Under the pieces are notes generated by a model, which was not told the origin of the DNA, did not search any database, and saw only the letters and a program-made list of their open reading frames with translations. Of a stretch of DNA of 64,000 nt, positions 34,500-54,100 are shown piece after piece. A program made the translations under genes and the position numbers. Within the stretch, counting starts at the first letter, position 1; each line of letters starts with the position of its first letter. Origin of the DNA: Eledone cirrhosa (lineage: Eukaryota); assembly GCA_964016885.1 (NCBI GenBank), contig OZ024741.1:12586001-12650000 (forward strand). Reading direction: 5' to 3'.

Positions 34500-37400
34500 G
34501 TTACATACACACACATCAACTGAGATACATGCACACATCTACAGAGTTACATACAGACCCATCTACTGAGTTACATATACACATCTACTAAGCTACATAC
34601 ACACACATCTACTGAGTTACAGACACACATATACTGAGTTACATACACACATCTACTGAGTTACATACACACACATCTACTGAGTTGCATACACACATCT
34701 ACTGAGTTACATACACACATATCTACTGAGTTACATATACACATATCTACCGAGTTACATACACATATCTACTGAGTTACATACACACAAACAACTACTG
34801 AGTTCCATGCACACTACTCCTGAGTTACATACACTCACATCTACTGAGTTACATACACTCACATCTACTGAGTTACATACACACACATCTACTGAGTTAC
34901 ATACACATATCTACTGAGTTACATACACACACAACTACTGAGTTACATGCACACATCTACTGAGTTACATACACACGTATCTACTGAGTTACATACGCAC
35001 CTCTACTTAGTTACATACACACATCTACTGAGTTGCATACATACACATCTACTGAGTTACATACACTCACATCTACTGAGTTACATACACACGCATCTAC
35101 TGAGTTACATACACACATCTACTGAGTTATATACACTCACATCTACTGAGTTACATACACACGCATCTACTAAGTTACATACACACACATCTCCTAAGTT
35201 ATATACACACATCTACTGAGTTACATACACACACATCTACTGAGTTACATACAAACATATCTACTGAGTTACATACACACATCTACTGAGTTACATACAC
35301 GTACATCTACTGAGTTACATACACACATCTACTGAGTTACATACACACACATCTACTGAGTTACATACATACATCTACTGAGTTATACACACACACATCT
35401 ACTGAGTTACATACACACACATCTACTGAGTAACATATACACACATCTACTGTGTTACATACACACACATCTACTGAGTTACATACACACATCTACTGAG
35501 TTATATACACTCACATCTACTGAGTTACATACACTCACATCTACTGAGTTACGTACACACATATCTACTGAGTTACATACACACATCTAATGAGCTACAT
35601 ACACACATATCTACTGAGTTACATACACACATCTAGTGAGTTACATACACACATCTACTGAGTTACATACACACACATCTACTGAGTTACATACACACAC
35701 CTCTACTGAGTTACATACACACATCCACTGAGTTACATACACACACCTCTACTGAGTTACATACACACATCCACTGAGCTACATACACACACCTCTACTG
35801 AGTTACATACACACATCTACTGAGTTACATACACACATATCTACTGAGTTACATACACACCTCTACTTAGTTACATACGCACATCTACTGAGTTGCATAC
35901 ACACACATCTACTGAGTTACATACACACACATCTACTGTGTTACATACACACACATCTACTGAGTCACATACATACATCTACTGAATTACATACACACAC
36001 ATCTACTGAGTTACATACACACGCATCTACTGACTTACATACACACATCTACTGAATTACATACACGCACAACTACTGAGTTACATACACACACATCTAC
36101 TGAGTTACATACACACACCATCTACTGAGTTACATACACACACATCTTCTGAATTACATATACACACATCTACTGAGTTACATACACACACATCAACTGA
36201 GATACATACACACATCTACAGTGTTACATACAGACCCATCTTCTGAGTTACATATACACATCTACTAAGCTACATACACACACATCTACTGAGTTACAGA
36301 CACACATATACTGAGTTACATACACACATCTACTGAGTTACATACACACACATCTACTGAGTTACATACACACATCTACTGAGTTACATACACACATATC
36401 TACTGAGTTACATAAACACATATCTACCGAGTTACATACACATATCTACTGAGTTATATACACACACACAACTTCTGAGTTCCATGCACACTACTCCTGA
36501 GTTACATACACTCACATCTACTGAGTTACATACACTCACATCTACTGATTTACATACACACACATCTACTGAGTTACATACACATATCTACTGAGTTACA
36601 TACACACACAACTACTGAGTTACATGCACACATCTACTGAGTTACACACACACGTATCTACTGAGTTACATACGCACCTCTACTTAGTTACATACACACA
36701 TCTACTGAGTTGCATACATACACATCTACTGAGTTACATACACTCACATCTACTGAGTTACATACACACGCATCTACTGAGTTACATACACACATCTACT
36801 GAGTTATATACACTCACATCTACTGAGTTACATACACACGCATCTACTGAGTTACATACACACACATCTCCTAAGTTATATACACACATCTACTGAGTTA
36901 CATACACACACATCTACTGAGTTACATACAGACATATCTACTAAGTTACATACACGTACATCTACTGAGTTACATACACACATCTACTGAGTTACATACA
37001 CACACATCTACTGAGTTACATACATACATCTACTGAGTTACACACACACACATCTACTGAGTTACATACACACACATCTACTGAGTAACATATACACACA
37101 TCTACTGTGTTACATACACACACATCTACTGAGTTACATACACACATCTACTGAGTTATATACACTCACATCTACTGAGTTACATACACTCACATCTACT
37201 GAGTTACGTACACACATATCTACTGAGTTACATACACACATCTAATGAGCTACATACACACATATCTACTGACTTACATACACACATCTAGTGAGTTACA
37301 TACACACATCTACTGAGTTACATACACACACATCTACTGAGTTACACACACACACATCTACTGAGTTACATACACACATCCACTGAGTTACATACACACA

Positions 37401-37750
37401 CCTCTACTGAGTTACATACACACATCCACTGAGCTACATACACACACCTCTACTGAGTTACATACACACATCTACTGAGTTACATACACACATATCTACT
37501 GAGTTACATACACACCTCTACTTAGTTACATACACACATCTACTGAGTTGCATACACACACATCTACTGAGTTACATACACACACATCTACTGTGTTACA
37601 TACACACACATCTACTGAGTCACATACATACATCTACTGAATTACATACACACACATCTACTGAGTTACATACACACGCATCTACTGACTTACATACACA
37701 CATCTACTGAATTACATACACGCACAACTACTGAGTTACATACACACACA
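34500..37750 (+). repeat. ~1677-bp tandem duplication
   Basis: CAGACCCAT 34554/36231, CACGTATC 34974/36651, TTCCATG 34803/36480 and ORFs 34947/36624 all share offset 1677. CGCACAACT at 36066/37721 has offset 1655. Confidence 0.9.
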
Positions 37751-38929
37751 TCTACTGAGTTACATACACACACATCTCCTAAGTTATATAGACACATGTA
37801 CTGAGTTACATACACACACATCTACTGAGTTACATACACACATCCACTGAGCTACATACACACACCTCTACTGAGTTACATACACAACCTCTACTAAGTT
37901 ACATACACACATCCACTGAGCTACATACACACACATCTACTGAGTTACATACACACATCTACTGAGTTACATACACACACATCTAATGAGCTACATACAC
38001 ACAAATCTACTGAGTTACATACACACATCTAGTGAGTTACATACACACATCTACTGAGTTACATACACACACATCTACTGAGTTACATACACACACCTCT
38101 ACTGAGTTACATACACACATCCACTGAGTTACATACACGCACATCTACTGAGTTACATACATACATCTACTGAGTTACGTACGCTCACATCTACTGAGTT
38201 ACATACACACACATCTACAGAGTTACATATACACACATCTACTGAGTTGCAATCACACATCTACTGAGTTACATATACACACATCTACTGTGTTACATAC
38301 ACACACCTCTACTGAGTTACATACATACACATCTACTGAGTTATATAAACACACATCTACTGAGTTACATACAGACACATCTACTGAGTTACATACACAC
38401 CTCTACTGAGTTACATACACACACCATCTACTTAGTTACATACACACACATCTTCTGAATTACATATACACACATCTACTGAGTTACATACACACACATC
38501 AACTGAGATACATACACACATCTACAGAGTTACATACAGACACATCTACTGAGTTACATATACACATCTACTAAGCTACATACACACACATCTACTGAGT
38601 TACAGACACACATCTACTGAGTTACATACACACATCTACTGAGTTACATACACACACATCTACTGAGTTACATACAGACATCTACTGAGTTACATACACA
38701 CATATCTACTGAGTTACATATACACATATCTACCGAGTTACATACACATATCTACTGAGTTACATACACACACACAACTACTGAGTTCCATGCACACTAC
38801 TCCTGAGTTACATACACTCACATCTACTGAGTTACATACACTCACATCTACTGAGTTACATACACACACATCTACTGAGTTCCATACACATATCTACTGA
38901 GTTACATACACACACACACCTACTGAGTT

Positions 38930-41900
38930 ACATGCACACATCTACTGAGTTACATACACACATATCTACTGAGTTACATACACACCTCTACTTAGTTACA
39001 TACACACATCTACTGAGTTGCATACATACACATCTACTGAGTTACATACACTCACATCTACTGAGTTACATACACACACATCTACTGAATCACATACATA
39101 CATCAACTAAATTACATACACACACATCTACTGAGTTACATACACACGCATCTACTGAGTTACATACACTACTGCTGAGTTACATACACAGACATCTACT
39201 GAGTTACATACATACACATCTACTGTGTTACATACACACACATCTACTGAGTCACATACATACATCTACTGAATTACATACACACACATCTACTGAGTTA
39301 CATACACACATCTACTGAGTTATATACAGTCACATCTACTGAGTTACATACACTCACATCTACTGAGTTACGTACACACATATCTACTGAGTTACATACA
39401 CACATCTAATGAGCTACATACACACATATCTACTGAGTTACATACACACATCTAGTGAGTTACATACACACATCTACTGAGTTACATACACAGACATCTA
39501 CTGAGTTACATACACACACCTCTACTGAGTTACATACACACATCCACTGAGTTACATACACACACCTCTACTGAGTTACATACACACACCTCTACTGAGT
39601 TACATACACACATCCACTGAGCTACATACACACACCTCTACCGAGTTACATACACACATCTACTGAGTTACATACACACATCCACTGAGCTACATACACA
39701 CACCTCTACTGAGTTACATACACACATCCACTGAGTTACATACAGGCACATCTACTGAGTTACATACACACATCCACTGAGTTACATACAGGCACATCTA
39801 CTGAGTTACATACATACATCTACTGAGTTACGTACGCTCACATCTACTGAGTTACATACACACACATCTACAGAGTTACATATACACACATCTACTGAGT
39901 TGCATACACACATCTACTGAGTTACATATACACACATCTACTGTGTTACATACACACACCTCTACTGAGTTACATACATACACATCTACTGAGTTACATA
40001 CACACACATCTACTGAGTTACATACACACACATCTACTAAGTTACATACACACATCTACTGAGTTACATACACACATCTACTGAGTTACATACACACACA
40101 TCTACTGAGTTACACACACATCTATTGAGTTACATATACACATATCTACTGAGTTGCATACACACATCTACTGAGTTACATATACACACATCTGCTGTGT
40201 TACATACACACATCTCTACTGAGTCACATACATACACCTACTGAGTTACATACACACATCAACTGAGTTACATACACATACATCTACTGAATTACATACA
40301 TACACATCTACTGAGTTACATACACACGCATCTACTGAGTTACATACACACATCTGCTGAGTTACATACACACACATCTACTGAGTTACATACACACACA
40401 TCTACTGAGTTACATACACACACATCTACTGAGTTACATATACACACATCTACTGAGTTACATATACACACATCTACTGAGTTACATACACACAAATCTA
40501 CTGAGTTACATACACACCTCTACTTAGTTACATACACACATCTACTGAGTTGCATACACTCACATCTACTGAGTTACATACACACACATCTACTGAATCA
40601 CATACATACATCAACTAAATTACATACACACACAATTACTGAGTTCCATGCACACTACTCCTGAGTAACATACACTCACATCTACTGAGTAACATACACT
40701 CACATCTACTGAGTTACATACACACACATCTACTGAGTTACATGCACACATCTACTGAGTTACATACACACATATCTACTGAGTTACATACACACCTCTA
40801 CTTAGTTACATACACACATCTACTGAGTTGCATACATACACATCTACTGAGTTACATATACTCACATCTACTGAGTTACATACACACACATCTACTGAAT
40901 CACATACATACATCAACTAAATTACATACACACACATCTACTGAGTTACATACACACGCATCTACTGAGTTACATACACTACTGCTGAGTTACATACACA
41001 GACATCTACTGAGTTACATACATACACATCTACTGTGTTACATACACACACATCTACTGAGTCACATACATACATCTACTGAATTACATACGCACACATC
41101 TACTGAGTTACATACACACACATCTCCTAAGTTATATACACACATCTACAGAGTTACATACACACACATCTACTGATTTACATACAGACATATCTATTGA
41201 GTTACATACACACATCTACTGAGTTACATACACGCACATCTACTGAGTTACATACACACATCTACTGAGTTACATACACACACATCTACTGAGTTACATA
41301 CACACATCTACTGAGTTACATACACACACATCTATTGAGTAACATATACACACATCTACTGTGTTACATACACACACATCTACTGAGTTACATACACACA
41401 TCTACTGAGTTATATACACTCACATCTACTGAGTTACATACACTCACATCTACTGAGTTACGTACACACATATCTACTGAGTTACATACACACATCTAAT
41501 GAGCTACATACACACATATCTACTGAGTTACATACACACATCTAGTGAGTTACATACACACATCTACTGAGTTACATACACACACATCTACTGAGTTACA
41601 TACACACACCTCTACTGAGTTACATACACACATCCACTGAGTTACATACACACACCTCTACTGAGTTACATTCACGCACCTCTACTGAGTTACATACACA
41701 CATCCACTGAGCTACATACACACACCTCTACCGAGTTACATACACACATCTACTGAGTTACATACACACATCCACTGAGCTACATACACACACCTCTACT
41801 GAGTTACATCCACACATCCACTGAGTTACATACACGCACATCTACTGTGTTACATACATACATCTACTGAGTTACGTACGCTCACATCTACTGAGTTACA

Positions 41901-42500
41901 TACACACACATCTACAGAGTTACATATACACACATCTACTGAGTTGCATACACACATCTACTGAGTTACATATACACACATCTACTGTGTTACATACACA
42001 CACCTCTACTGAGTTACATACATACACATCTACTGAGTTACATACACACACATCTACTGAGTTACATACACACACATCTACTAAGTTACATACACACATC
42101 TACTGAGTTACATACACACATCTACTGAGTTACATACACACACATCTACTGAGTTACACACACATCTATTGAGTTACATATACACATATCTACTGAGTTG
42201 CATACACACATCTACTGAGTTACATATACACACATCTGCTGTGTTACATACACACATCTCTACTGAGTCACTTACATACACCTACTGAGTTACATACACA
42301 CATCAACTGAGTTACATACACATACATCTACTGAATTACATACATACACATCTACTGAGTTACATACACACGCATCTACTGAGTTACATACACACATCTG
42401 CTGAGTTACATACACACACATCTACTGAGTTACATACACACACATCTACTGAGTTACATACATACACATCTACTGAGTTACATACACACACATCTACTGA
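38930..42500 (+). repeat. ~1.8-2.1-kb imperfect tandem duplication
   Basis: ORFs 38932/40742 (offset 1810) share the LHTLLLSYIHRH variant. CATCTCTACTGAGTCAC occurs at ~40211/42255. Confidence 0.8.
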
Positions 42501-43899
42501 GTTACATACACACACATCTACTGAGTTACATATACACACAACTACTGAGTTACATACACACAAATCTACTGAGTTACATACACACACATTAACTGAGATA
42601 CATACACACATCTCCTGAGTTACATACACACACATCTACTGAGTTACATACACACACATCTACTGAGTTACATACATACACATCTACTGAGTTACATACA
42701 CACACATCTACTGAGTTACATACACACACATCTACTGAGTTACATATACACACATCTACTGAGTTACATATACACACATCTACTGAGTTACATACACACA
42801 AATCTACTGAGTTACATACACACACATCAACTGAGATACATACACACATCTACAGAGTTACATACACACACATCTACTGACTTTCATATACACACATCTA
42901 CTGAGTTAAATACACACACATCTACTGAGTTACATACACAAACACCTACCGAGTTACATACACACACATCTACTGTGTTACATACACACATCTACTGAGT
43001 CACATACATACATCTACTGAATTACATACACACACATCGACTGAGTTACATACACCCGCATCTACTGAGTTACATACACACATCTACTGAATTACATACA
43101 CGCACATTTACTGAGTTACATACACACACATCTACTGAGTTACATACACACACATCTCCTAAGTTACATACACACATCTACTGAGTTACATACACACGCA
43201 TCTACTGAGTTACATACACACACATCTACTGAGTTACATACACACACATCTACTGAGTTACATACACACACATCTACTGAGTTACATATACACACATCTA
43301 CTGAGTTACATACACACACATCAACTGAGTTACATACACATACATCTACTGAGTTACATACACACACATCTACTGTGTTACATATACACACATCTATTGA
43401 GTTACATACACACATCTACTGAGATACATACACACCTCTACTGAGTTACATACACACATCTACTGAGTTACATATACACACATCTACTGAGATACATACA
43501 CATAACTACTGAGTTACATACACACATCTACTGTGTTACATACACACACATCTACTGAGTCACATACATACATCTACTGAATTACATACACACACATCTA
43601 CTGAGTTACATACACACATATCTACTGAGTTACATACACACACATCTACTGAGTTACATACACACATCTACTGAGTCACATACATACATCTACTGAATTA
43701 CATACACACACATCTACTGAGTTACATACACACACATCTACTGATTTACATACACACATCTACTGAGTTACATACAGACACATCTACTGAGTTACATACA
43801 CACACATCTACTGAGTTACATACACACACATCTACTGAGTAACATGCACACATCTACTGAATTACATACACGCACATCTACTGAGTTACATACACACAC

Positions 43900-46800
43900 A
43901 TCTACTGAGTTACATACACACACATCTCCTAAGTTATATACACACATCTACTGAGTTACATACACACACATCTACTGAGTTACATACAGACATATCTACT
44001 GAGTTACATACACACATCTACTGAGTTATATACACGCACATCTACGGAGTTACATACACACACATCTACTGAGTTACATACATCTACTGAGTTACATACA
44101 CACACATCTACTGAGTTACATACACACACATCTACTGAGTTACATATACACACATCTACTGTTTTACATACACACACATCTACTGAGTTACATACACACA
44201 TCTACTGAGATACATACACAACTCTACTGAGTTACATACACACATCTACTGAGTTACATATACACACATCTACTGAGATACATACACATAACTACTGAGT
44301 TACATACACACATCTACTGAGTTACATACACACACATCTCCTAAGTTATATACACACATCTACTGAGTTACATACACACACATCTACTGAGTTACATACA
44401 GACATATCTACTGAGTTACATACACACATCTACTGAGTTATATACACGCACATCTACGGAGTTACATACACACACATCTACTGAGTTACATACATCTACT
44501 GAGTTACATACACACACATCTACTGAGTTACATACACACACATCTACTGAGTTACATATACACACATCTACTGTTTTACATACACACACATCTACTGAGT
44601 TACATACACACATCTACTGAGTTACATACACACACAGCTACGGAGTTACATACACACACATCTACTGAGCTACATACATTTACTGAGTTACATACACTCA
44701 CATCTACTGAGTTACATACACACATATCTACTGAGTTACATACACACATCTAATGAGCTACATACACACATATCTACTGAGTTACATACACACTTCTAGT
44801 GAGTTACATACACACATATACTGAGTTACATACACACACATCTACTGAGTTACATACACACACCTCTACTGAGTTACATACACACATCCACTGAGTTACA
44901 TACACGCACATCTACTGAGTTACATACATACATCTACTGAGTTACGTACGCTCACATCTACTGAGTTACATACACACACATCTACAGAGTTACATATACA
45001 CACATCTACTGATTTGCATACACACATCTACTGAGTTACATATACACACATCTACTGTGTTACATACACACACCTCTACTGAGTTACATACAGACACTTC
45101 TACTGAGTTACATACACACCTCTACTGAGTTACATACACACACCATCTACTGAGTTACATACACACACATCTTCTGAATTACATATAAACACATCTACTG
45201 AGTTACATACACACACATCAACTGAGATACATACACACATCTACAGAGTTACATAGAGACACATCTACTGAGTTACATACACACATCTACTGAGTTACAT
45301 ACACACATCTACTGAGTTACATACACACACATCTACTGAGTTACATACACACATCTACTGAGTTACATACACACATATCTACTGAGTTACATATACACAT
45401 ATCTACCGAGTTACATACACATATCTACTGAGTTACATACACACACACAACTACTAAGTTCCATGCACACTACTCCTGAGTTACATACACTCACATCTAC
45501 TGAGTTACATACACTCACATCTACTGAGTTACATACACACACATCAACTGAGTTACATACACATACATCTACTGAGTTACATACACACACATCTACTGTG
45601 TTACATATACACACATCTATTGAGTTACATACACACATCTACTGAGATACATACACACCTCTACTGAGTTACATACACACATCTTCTGAGTTACATATAC
45701 ACACATCTACTGAGATACATACACATAACTACTGAGTTACATACACACATCTACTGTGTTACATACACACACATCTACTGAGTCACATACATACATCTAC
45801 TGAATTACATACACACACATCTACTGAGTTACATACAGACATATCTACTGAGTTACATACACACACATCTACTGAGTTACATACACACATCTACTGAGTC
45901 ACATACATACATCTACTGAATTACATACACACACATCTACTGAGTTACATACACACACATCTACTGATTTACATACAAACATCTACTGAGTTACATACAG
46001 ACACATCTACTGAGTTACATACACACACATCTCCTAAGTTATATACACACATCTACTGAGTTACATACACACACATCTACTGAGTTACATACAGACATAT
46101 CTACTGAGTTACATACACACATCTACTGAGTTATATACACGCACATCTACGGAGTTACATACACACACATCTACTGAGTTACATACATCTACTGAGTTAC
46201 ATACACACACATCTACTGAGTTACATACACACACATCTACTGAGTTACATATACACACATCTACTGTTTTACATACACACACATCTACTGAGTTACATAC
46301 ACACATCTACTGAGATACATACACAACTCTACTGAGTTACATACACACATCTACTGAGTTACATATACACACATCTACTGAGATACATACACATAACTAC
46401 TGAGTTACATACACACATCTACTGAGTTACATACACACACATCTCCTAAGTTATATACACACATCTACTGAGTTACATACACACACATCTACTGAGTTAC
46501 ATACAGACATATCTACTGAGTTACATACACACATCTACTGAGTTATATACACGCACATCTACGGAGTTACATACACACACATCTACTGAGTTACATACAT
46601 CTACTGAGTTACATACACACACATCTACTGAGTTACATACACACACATCTACTGAGTTACATATACACACATCTACTGTTTTACATACACACACATCTAC
46701 TGAGTTACATACACACATCTACTGAGTTACATACACACACAGCTACGGAGTTACATACACACACATCTACTGAGCTACATACATTTACTGAGTTACATAG

Positions 46801-48150
46801 ACTCACATCTACTGAGTTACATACACACATATCTACTGAGTTACATACACACATCTAATGAGCTACATACACACATATCTACTGAGTTACATACACACTT
46901 CTAGTGAGTTACATACACACATATACTGAGTTACATACACACACATCTACTGAGTTACATACACACACCTCTACTGAGTTACATACACACATCCACTGAG
47001 TTACATACACGCACATCTACTGAGTTACATACATACATCTACTGAGTTACGTACGCTCACATCTACTGAGTTACATACACACACATCTACAGAGTTACAT
47101 ATACACACATCTACTGATTTGCATACACACATCTACTGAGTTACATATACACACATCTACTGTGTTACATACACACACCTCTACTGAGTTACATACATAC
47201 ACATCTACTGAGTTATATAAACACACATCTACTGAGTTACATACAGACACTTCTACTGAGTTACATACACACCTCTACTGAGTTACATACACACACCATC
47301 TACTGAGTTACATACACACACATCTTCTGAATTACATATAAACACATCTACTGAGTTACATACACACACATCAACTGAGATACATACACACATCTACAGA
47401 GTTACATAGAGACACATCTACTGAGTTACAGACACACATCTACTGAGTTACATACACACATCTACTGAGTTACATACACACACATCTACTGAGTTACATA
47501 CACACATCTACTGAGTTACATACACACATATCTACTGAGTTACATATACACATATCTACCGAGTTACATACACATATCTACTGAGTTACATACACACACA
47601 CAACTACTAAGTTCCATGCACACTACTCCTGAGTTACATACACTCACATCTACTGAGTTACATACACACACATCAACTGAGTTACATACACATACATCTA
47701 CTGAGTTACATACACACACATCTACTGTGTTACATATACACACATCTATTGAGTTACATACACACATCTACTGAGATACATACACACCTCTACTGAGTTA
47801 CATACACACATCTTCTGAGTTACATATACACACATCTACTGAGATACATACACATAACTACTGAGTTACATACACACATCTACTGTGTTACATACACACA
47901 CATCTACTGAGTCACATACATACATCTACTGAATTACATACACACACATCTACTGAGTTACATACAGACATATCTACTGAGTTACATACACACACATCTA
48001 CTGAGTTACATACACACATCTACTGAGTCACATACATACATCTACTGAATTACATACACACACATCTACTGAGTTACATACACACACATCTACTGATTTA
48101 CATACACACATCTACTGAGTTACATACAGACACATCTACTGAGTTACATA
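43900..48150 (+). repeat. ~2.1-kb tandem duplication nested in the first copy of the large duplication
   Basis: ORFs 44004/46109 and 44416/46521 are offset by 2105; TTCCATG occurs at 45459/47612. Confidence 0.88.
43905..44625 (+). repeat. 412-bp-period local duplication (also at ~46010-46730 and ~52805-53525)
   Basis: TCTACGGAG at 44041/44453 and 46146/46558 (offset 412), and at 52943/53353 (offset 410). Confidence 0.9.
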
Positions 48151-51100
48151 CACACACATCTACTGAGTTACATACACACACATCTACTGAGTAACATACA
48201 CACACATCTACTGTGTTACATACACACACATCTACTGGGTTACATACATATATCTACTGAATTACATACACACACATCTACTGAGTTACATACACACATC
48301 TACTGAATTACATACACGCACATCTGCTGAGTTACATACACACACATCTACTGAGTTACATACACACACATCTCCTAATTTATATACACACATCTACTGA
48401 GTTACATACACACACATCTACTGAGTTACATACAGACATATCTACTGAGTTACATACACACATCTACTGAGTTATATACACGCACATCTACGGAGTTACA
48501 TACACACACATCTACTGAGTTACATACATCTACTGAGCTACATACACACACATCTACTGAGTTACTTACACACACATCTACTGAGTTACATATACACACA
48601 TCTACTGTTTTACATACACACACATCTACTGAGTTACATACACACATCTACTGAGTTACATACACGCACATCTACTGAGTTACATACTTACATCTACTGA
48701 GTTACATACGCTCACATCTACTTAGTTACATACACACACATCTACAGAGTTACATATACACACATTTACTGAGTTACATACACACATCTACTGAGTTACA
48801 TACACACACTTCAACTGAGTTACATACACAGACATCTACTGAGTTACATACACACACATCTACTGAGTTACATACACACATCTAATGAGCTACATACACA
48901 CATATCTACTGAGTTACATACACACTTCTAGTGAGTTACATACACACATATACTGAGTTACATACACATACATCTACTGAATTACATACATACACATCTA
49001 CTGAGTTACATACACACGCATCTACTGAGTTACATACACACATCTGCTGAGTTACATACACACACATCTACTGAGTTACATACACACACATCTACTGAGT
49101 TACATACATACACATCTACTGAGTTACATACACACACATCTACTGAGTTACATACACACACATCTACTGAGTTACATATACACACATCTACTGAGTTACA
49201 TATACACACATCTACTGAGTTACATACACACAAATCTACTGAGTTACATACACACCTCTACTTAGTTACATACACACATCTACTGAGTTGCATACATACA
49301 CATCTACTGAGTTACATACACTCACATCTACTGAGTTACATACACACACATCTACTGAATCACATACATACATCAACTAAATTACATACACACACAACTA
49401 CTGAGTTCCATGCACACTACTCCTGAGTAACATACACTCACATCTACTGAGTTACATACACTCACATCTACTGAGTTACATACACACATATCTACTGAGT
49501 TACATACACATATCTACTGAGTTACATACACACACACCTACTGAGTTACATGCACACATCTACTGAGTTACATACACACATATCTACTGAGTTACATACA
49601 CACCTCTACTTAGTTACATACACACATCTACTGAGTTGCATACATACACATCTACTGAGTTACATATACTCACATCTACTGAGTTACATACACACACATC
49701 TACTGAATCACATACATACATCAACTAAATTACATACACACACATCTACTGAGTTACATACACACGCATCTACTGAGTTACATACACTACTGCTGAGTTA
49801 CATACACAGACATCTACTGAGTTACATACATACACATCTACTGTGTTACATACACACACATCTACTGAGTCACATACATACATCTACTGAATTACATACA
49901 CACACATCTACTGAGTTACATACACACACATCTCCTAAGTTATATACACACATCTACAGAGTTACATACACACACATCTACTGATTTACATACAGACATA
50001 TCTATTGAGTTACATACACACATCTACTGAGTTACATACACGCACATCTACTGAGTTACATACACACATCTACTGAGTTACATACACACACATCTACTGA
50101 GTTACATACACACATCTACTGAGTTACATACACACACATCTACTGAGTAACATATACACACATCTACTGTGTTACATACACACACATCTACTGAGTTACA
50201 TACACACATCTACTGAGTTATATACACTCACATCTACTGAGTTACATACACTCACATCTACTGAGTTACGTACACACATATCTACTGAGTTACATACACA
50301 CATCTAATGAGCTACATACACACATATCTACTGAGTTACATACACACATCTAGTGAGTTACATACACACATCTACTGAGTTACATACACACACATCTACT
50401 GAGTTACATACACACACCTCTACTGAGTTACATACACACATCCACTGAGTTACATACACACACCTCTACTGAGTTACATTCACGCACCTCTACTGAGTTA
50501 CATACACACATCCACTGAGCTACATACACACACCTCTACCGAGTTACATACACACATCTACTGAGTTACATACACACATCCACTGAGCTACATACACACA
50601 CCTCTACTGAGTTACATCCACACATCCACTGAGTTACATACACGCACATCTACTGAGTTACATACATACATCTACTGAGTTACGTACGCTCACATCTACT
50701 GAGTTACATACACACACATCTACAGAGTTACATATACACACATCTACTGAGTTGCATACACACATCTACTGAGTTACATATACACACATCTACTGTGTTA
50801 CATACACACACCTCTACTGAGTTACATACATACACATCTACTGAGTTACATACACACACATCTACTGAGTTACATACACACACATCTACTAAGTTACATA
50901 CACACATCTACTGAGTTACATACACACATCTACTGAGTTACATACACACACATCTACTGAGTTACACACACATCTATTGAGTTACATATACACATATCTA
51001 CTGAGTTGCATACACACATCTACTGAGTTACATATACACACATCTGCTGTGTTACATACACACATCTCTACTGAGTCACTTACATACACCTACTGAGTTA

Positions 51101-54100
51101 CATACACACATCAACTGAGTTACATACACATACATCTACTGAATTACATACATACACATCTACTGAGTTACATACACACGCATCTACTGAGTTACATACA
51201 CACATCTGCTGAGTTAGATACACACACATCTACTGAGTTACATACACACACATCTACTGAGTTACATACATACACATCTACTGAGTTACATACACACACA
51301 TCTACTGAGTTACATACACACACATCTACTGAGTTACATATACACACATCTACTGAGTTACATATACACACATCTACTGAGTTACATACACACAAATCTA
51401 CTGAGTTACATACACACACATTAACTGAGATACATACACACATCTGCTGAGTTACATACACACACATCTACTGAGTTACATACACACACATCTACTGAGT
51501 TACATACATACACATCTACTGAGTTACATATACACACATCTACTGAGTTACATATACACACATCTACTTAGTTACATACACACAAATCTACTGAGTTACA
51601 TACACACACATCAACTGAGATACATACACACATCTACAGAGTTACATACACACACATCTACTGACTTTCATATACACACATCTACTGAGTTAAATACACA
51701 CACATCTACTGAGTTACATACACAAACACCTACCGAGTTACATACACACACATCTACTGTGTTACATACACACATCTACTGAGTCACATACATACATCTA
51801 CTGAATTACATACACACACATCGACTGAGTTACATACACCCGCATCTACTGAGTTACATACACACATCTACTGAATTACATACACGCACATTTACTGAGT
51901 TACATACACACACATCTACTGAGTTACATACACACACATCTCCTAAGTTACATACACACATCTACTGAGTTACATACACACGCATCTACTGAGTTACATA
52001 CACACACATCTACTGAGTTACATACACACACATCTACTGAGTTACATACACACACATCTACTGAGTTACATATACACACATCTACTGAGTTACATACACA
52101 CACATCAACTGAGTTACATACACATACATCTACTGAGTTACATACACACACATCTACTGTGTTACATATACACACATCTATTGAGTTACATACACACATC
52201 TACTGCGATACATACACACCTCTACTGAGTTACATACACACATCTACTGAGTTACATATACACACATCTACTGAGATACATACACATAACTACTGAGTTA
52301 CATACACACATCTACTGTGTTACATACACACACATCTACTGAGTCACATACATACATCTACTGAATTACATACACACACATCTACTGAGTTACATACACA
52401 CATATCTACTGAGTTACATACACACACATCTACTGAGTTACATACACACATCTACTGAGTCACATACATACATCTACTGAATTACATACACACACATCTA
52501 CTGAGTTACATACACACACATCTACTGATTTACATACACACATCTACTGAGTTACATACAGACACATCTACTGAGTTACATACACACACATCTACTGAGT
52601 TACATACACACACATCTACTGAGTAACATACACACACATCTACTGTGTTACATACACACACATCTACTGAGTCACATAAATACATCTACTGAATTACATA
52701 CACACACATCTACTGAGTTACATACACACGCATCTACTGAGTTACATACACACATCTACTGAATTACATACACGCACATCTACTGAGTTACATACACACA
52801 CATCTACTGAGTTACATACACACACATCTCCTAAGTTATATACACACATCTACTGAGTTACATACACACACATCTACTGAGTTACATACAGACATATCTA
52901 CTGAGTTACATACACACATCTACTGAGTTATATACACGCACATCTACGGAGTTACATACACACACATCTACTGAGTTACATACATCTACTGAGTTACATA
53001 CACACACATCTACTGAGTTACATACACACATCTACTGAGTTACATATACACACATCTACTGTTTTACATACACACACATCTACTGAGTTACATACACACA
53101 TCTACTGAGATACATACACAACTCTACTGAGTTACATACACACATCTACTGAGTTACATATACACACATCTACTGAGATACATACACATAACTACTGAGT
53201 TACATACACACATCTACTGAGTTACATACACACACATCTCCTAAGTTATATACACACATCTACTGAGTTACATACACACACATCTACTGAGTTACATACA
53301 GACATATCTACTGAGTTACATACACACATCTACTGAGTTATATACACGCACATCTACGGAGTTACATACACACACATCTACTGAGTTACATACATCTACT
53401 GAGTTACATACACACACATCTACTGAGTTACATACACACACATCTACTGAGTTACATATACACACATCTACTGTTTTACATACACACACATCTACTGAGT
53501 TACATACACACATCTACTGAGTTACATACACACACAGCTACGGAGTTACATACACACACATCTACTGAGCTACATACATTTACTGAGTTACATACACTCA
53601 CATCTACTGAGTTACATACACACATATCTACTGAGTTACATACACACATCTAATGAGCTACATACACACATATCTACTGAGTTACATACACACTTCTAGT
53701 GAGTTACATACAAACATATACTGAGTTACATACACACACATCTACTGAGTTACATACACACACCTCTACTGAGTTACATACACACATCCACTGAGTTACA
53801 TACACTCACATCTACTGAGTTACATACATACATCTACTGAGTTACGTACGCTCACATCTACTGAGTTACATACACACACATCTACAGAGTTACATATACA
53901 CACATCTACTGATTTGCATACACACATCTACTGAGTTACATATACACACATCTACTGTGTTACATACACACACCTCTACTGAGTTACATACATACACATC
54001 TACTGAGTTATATAAACACACATCTACTGAGTTACATACAGACACTTCTACTGAGTTACATACACACCTCTACTGAGTTACATACACACACCATCTACTG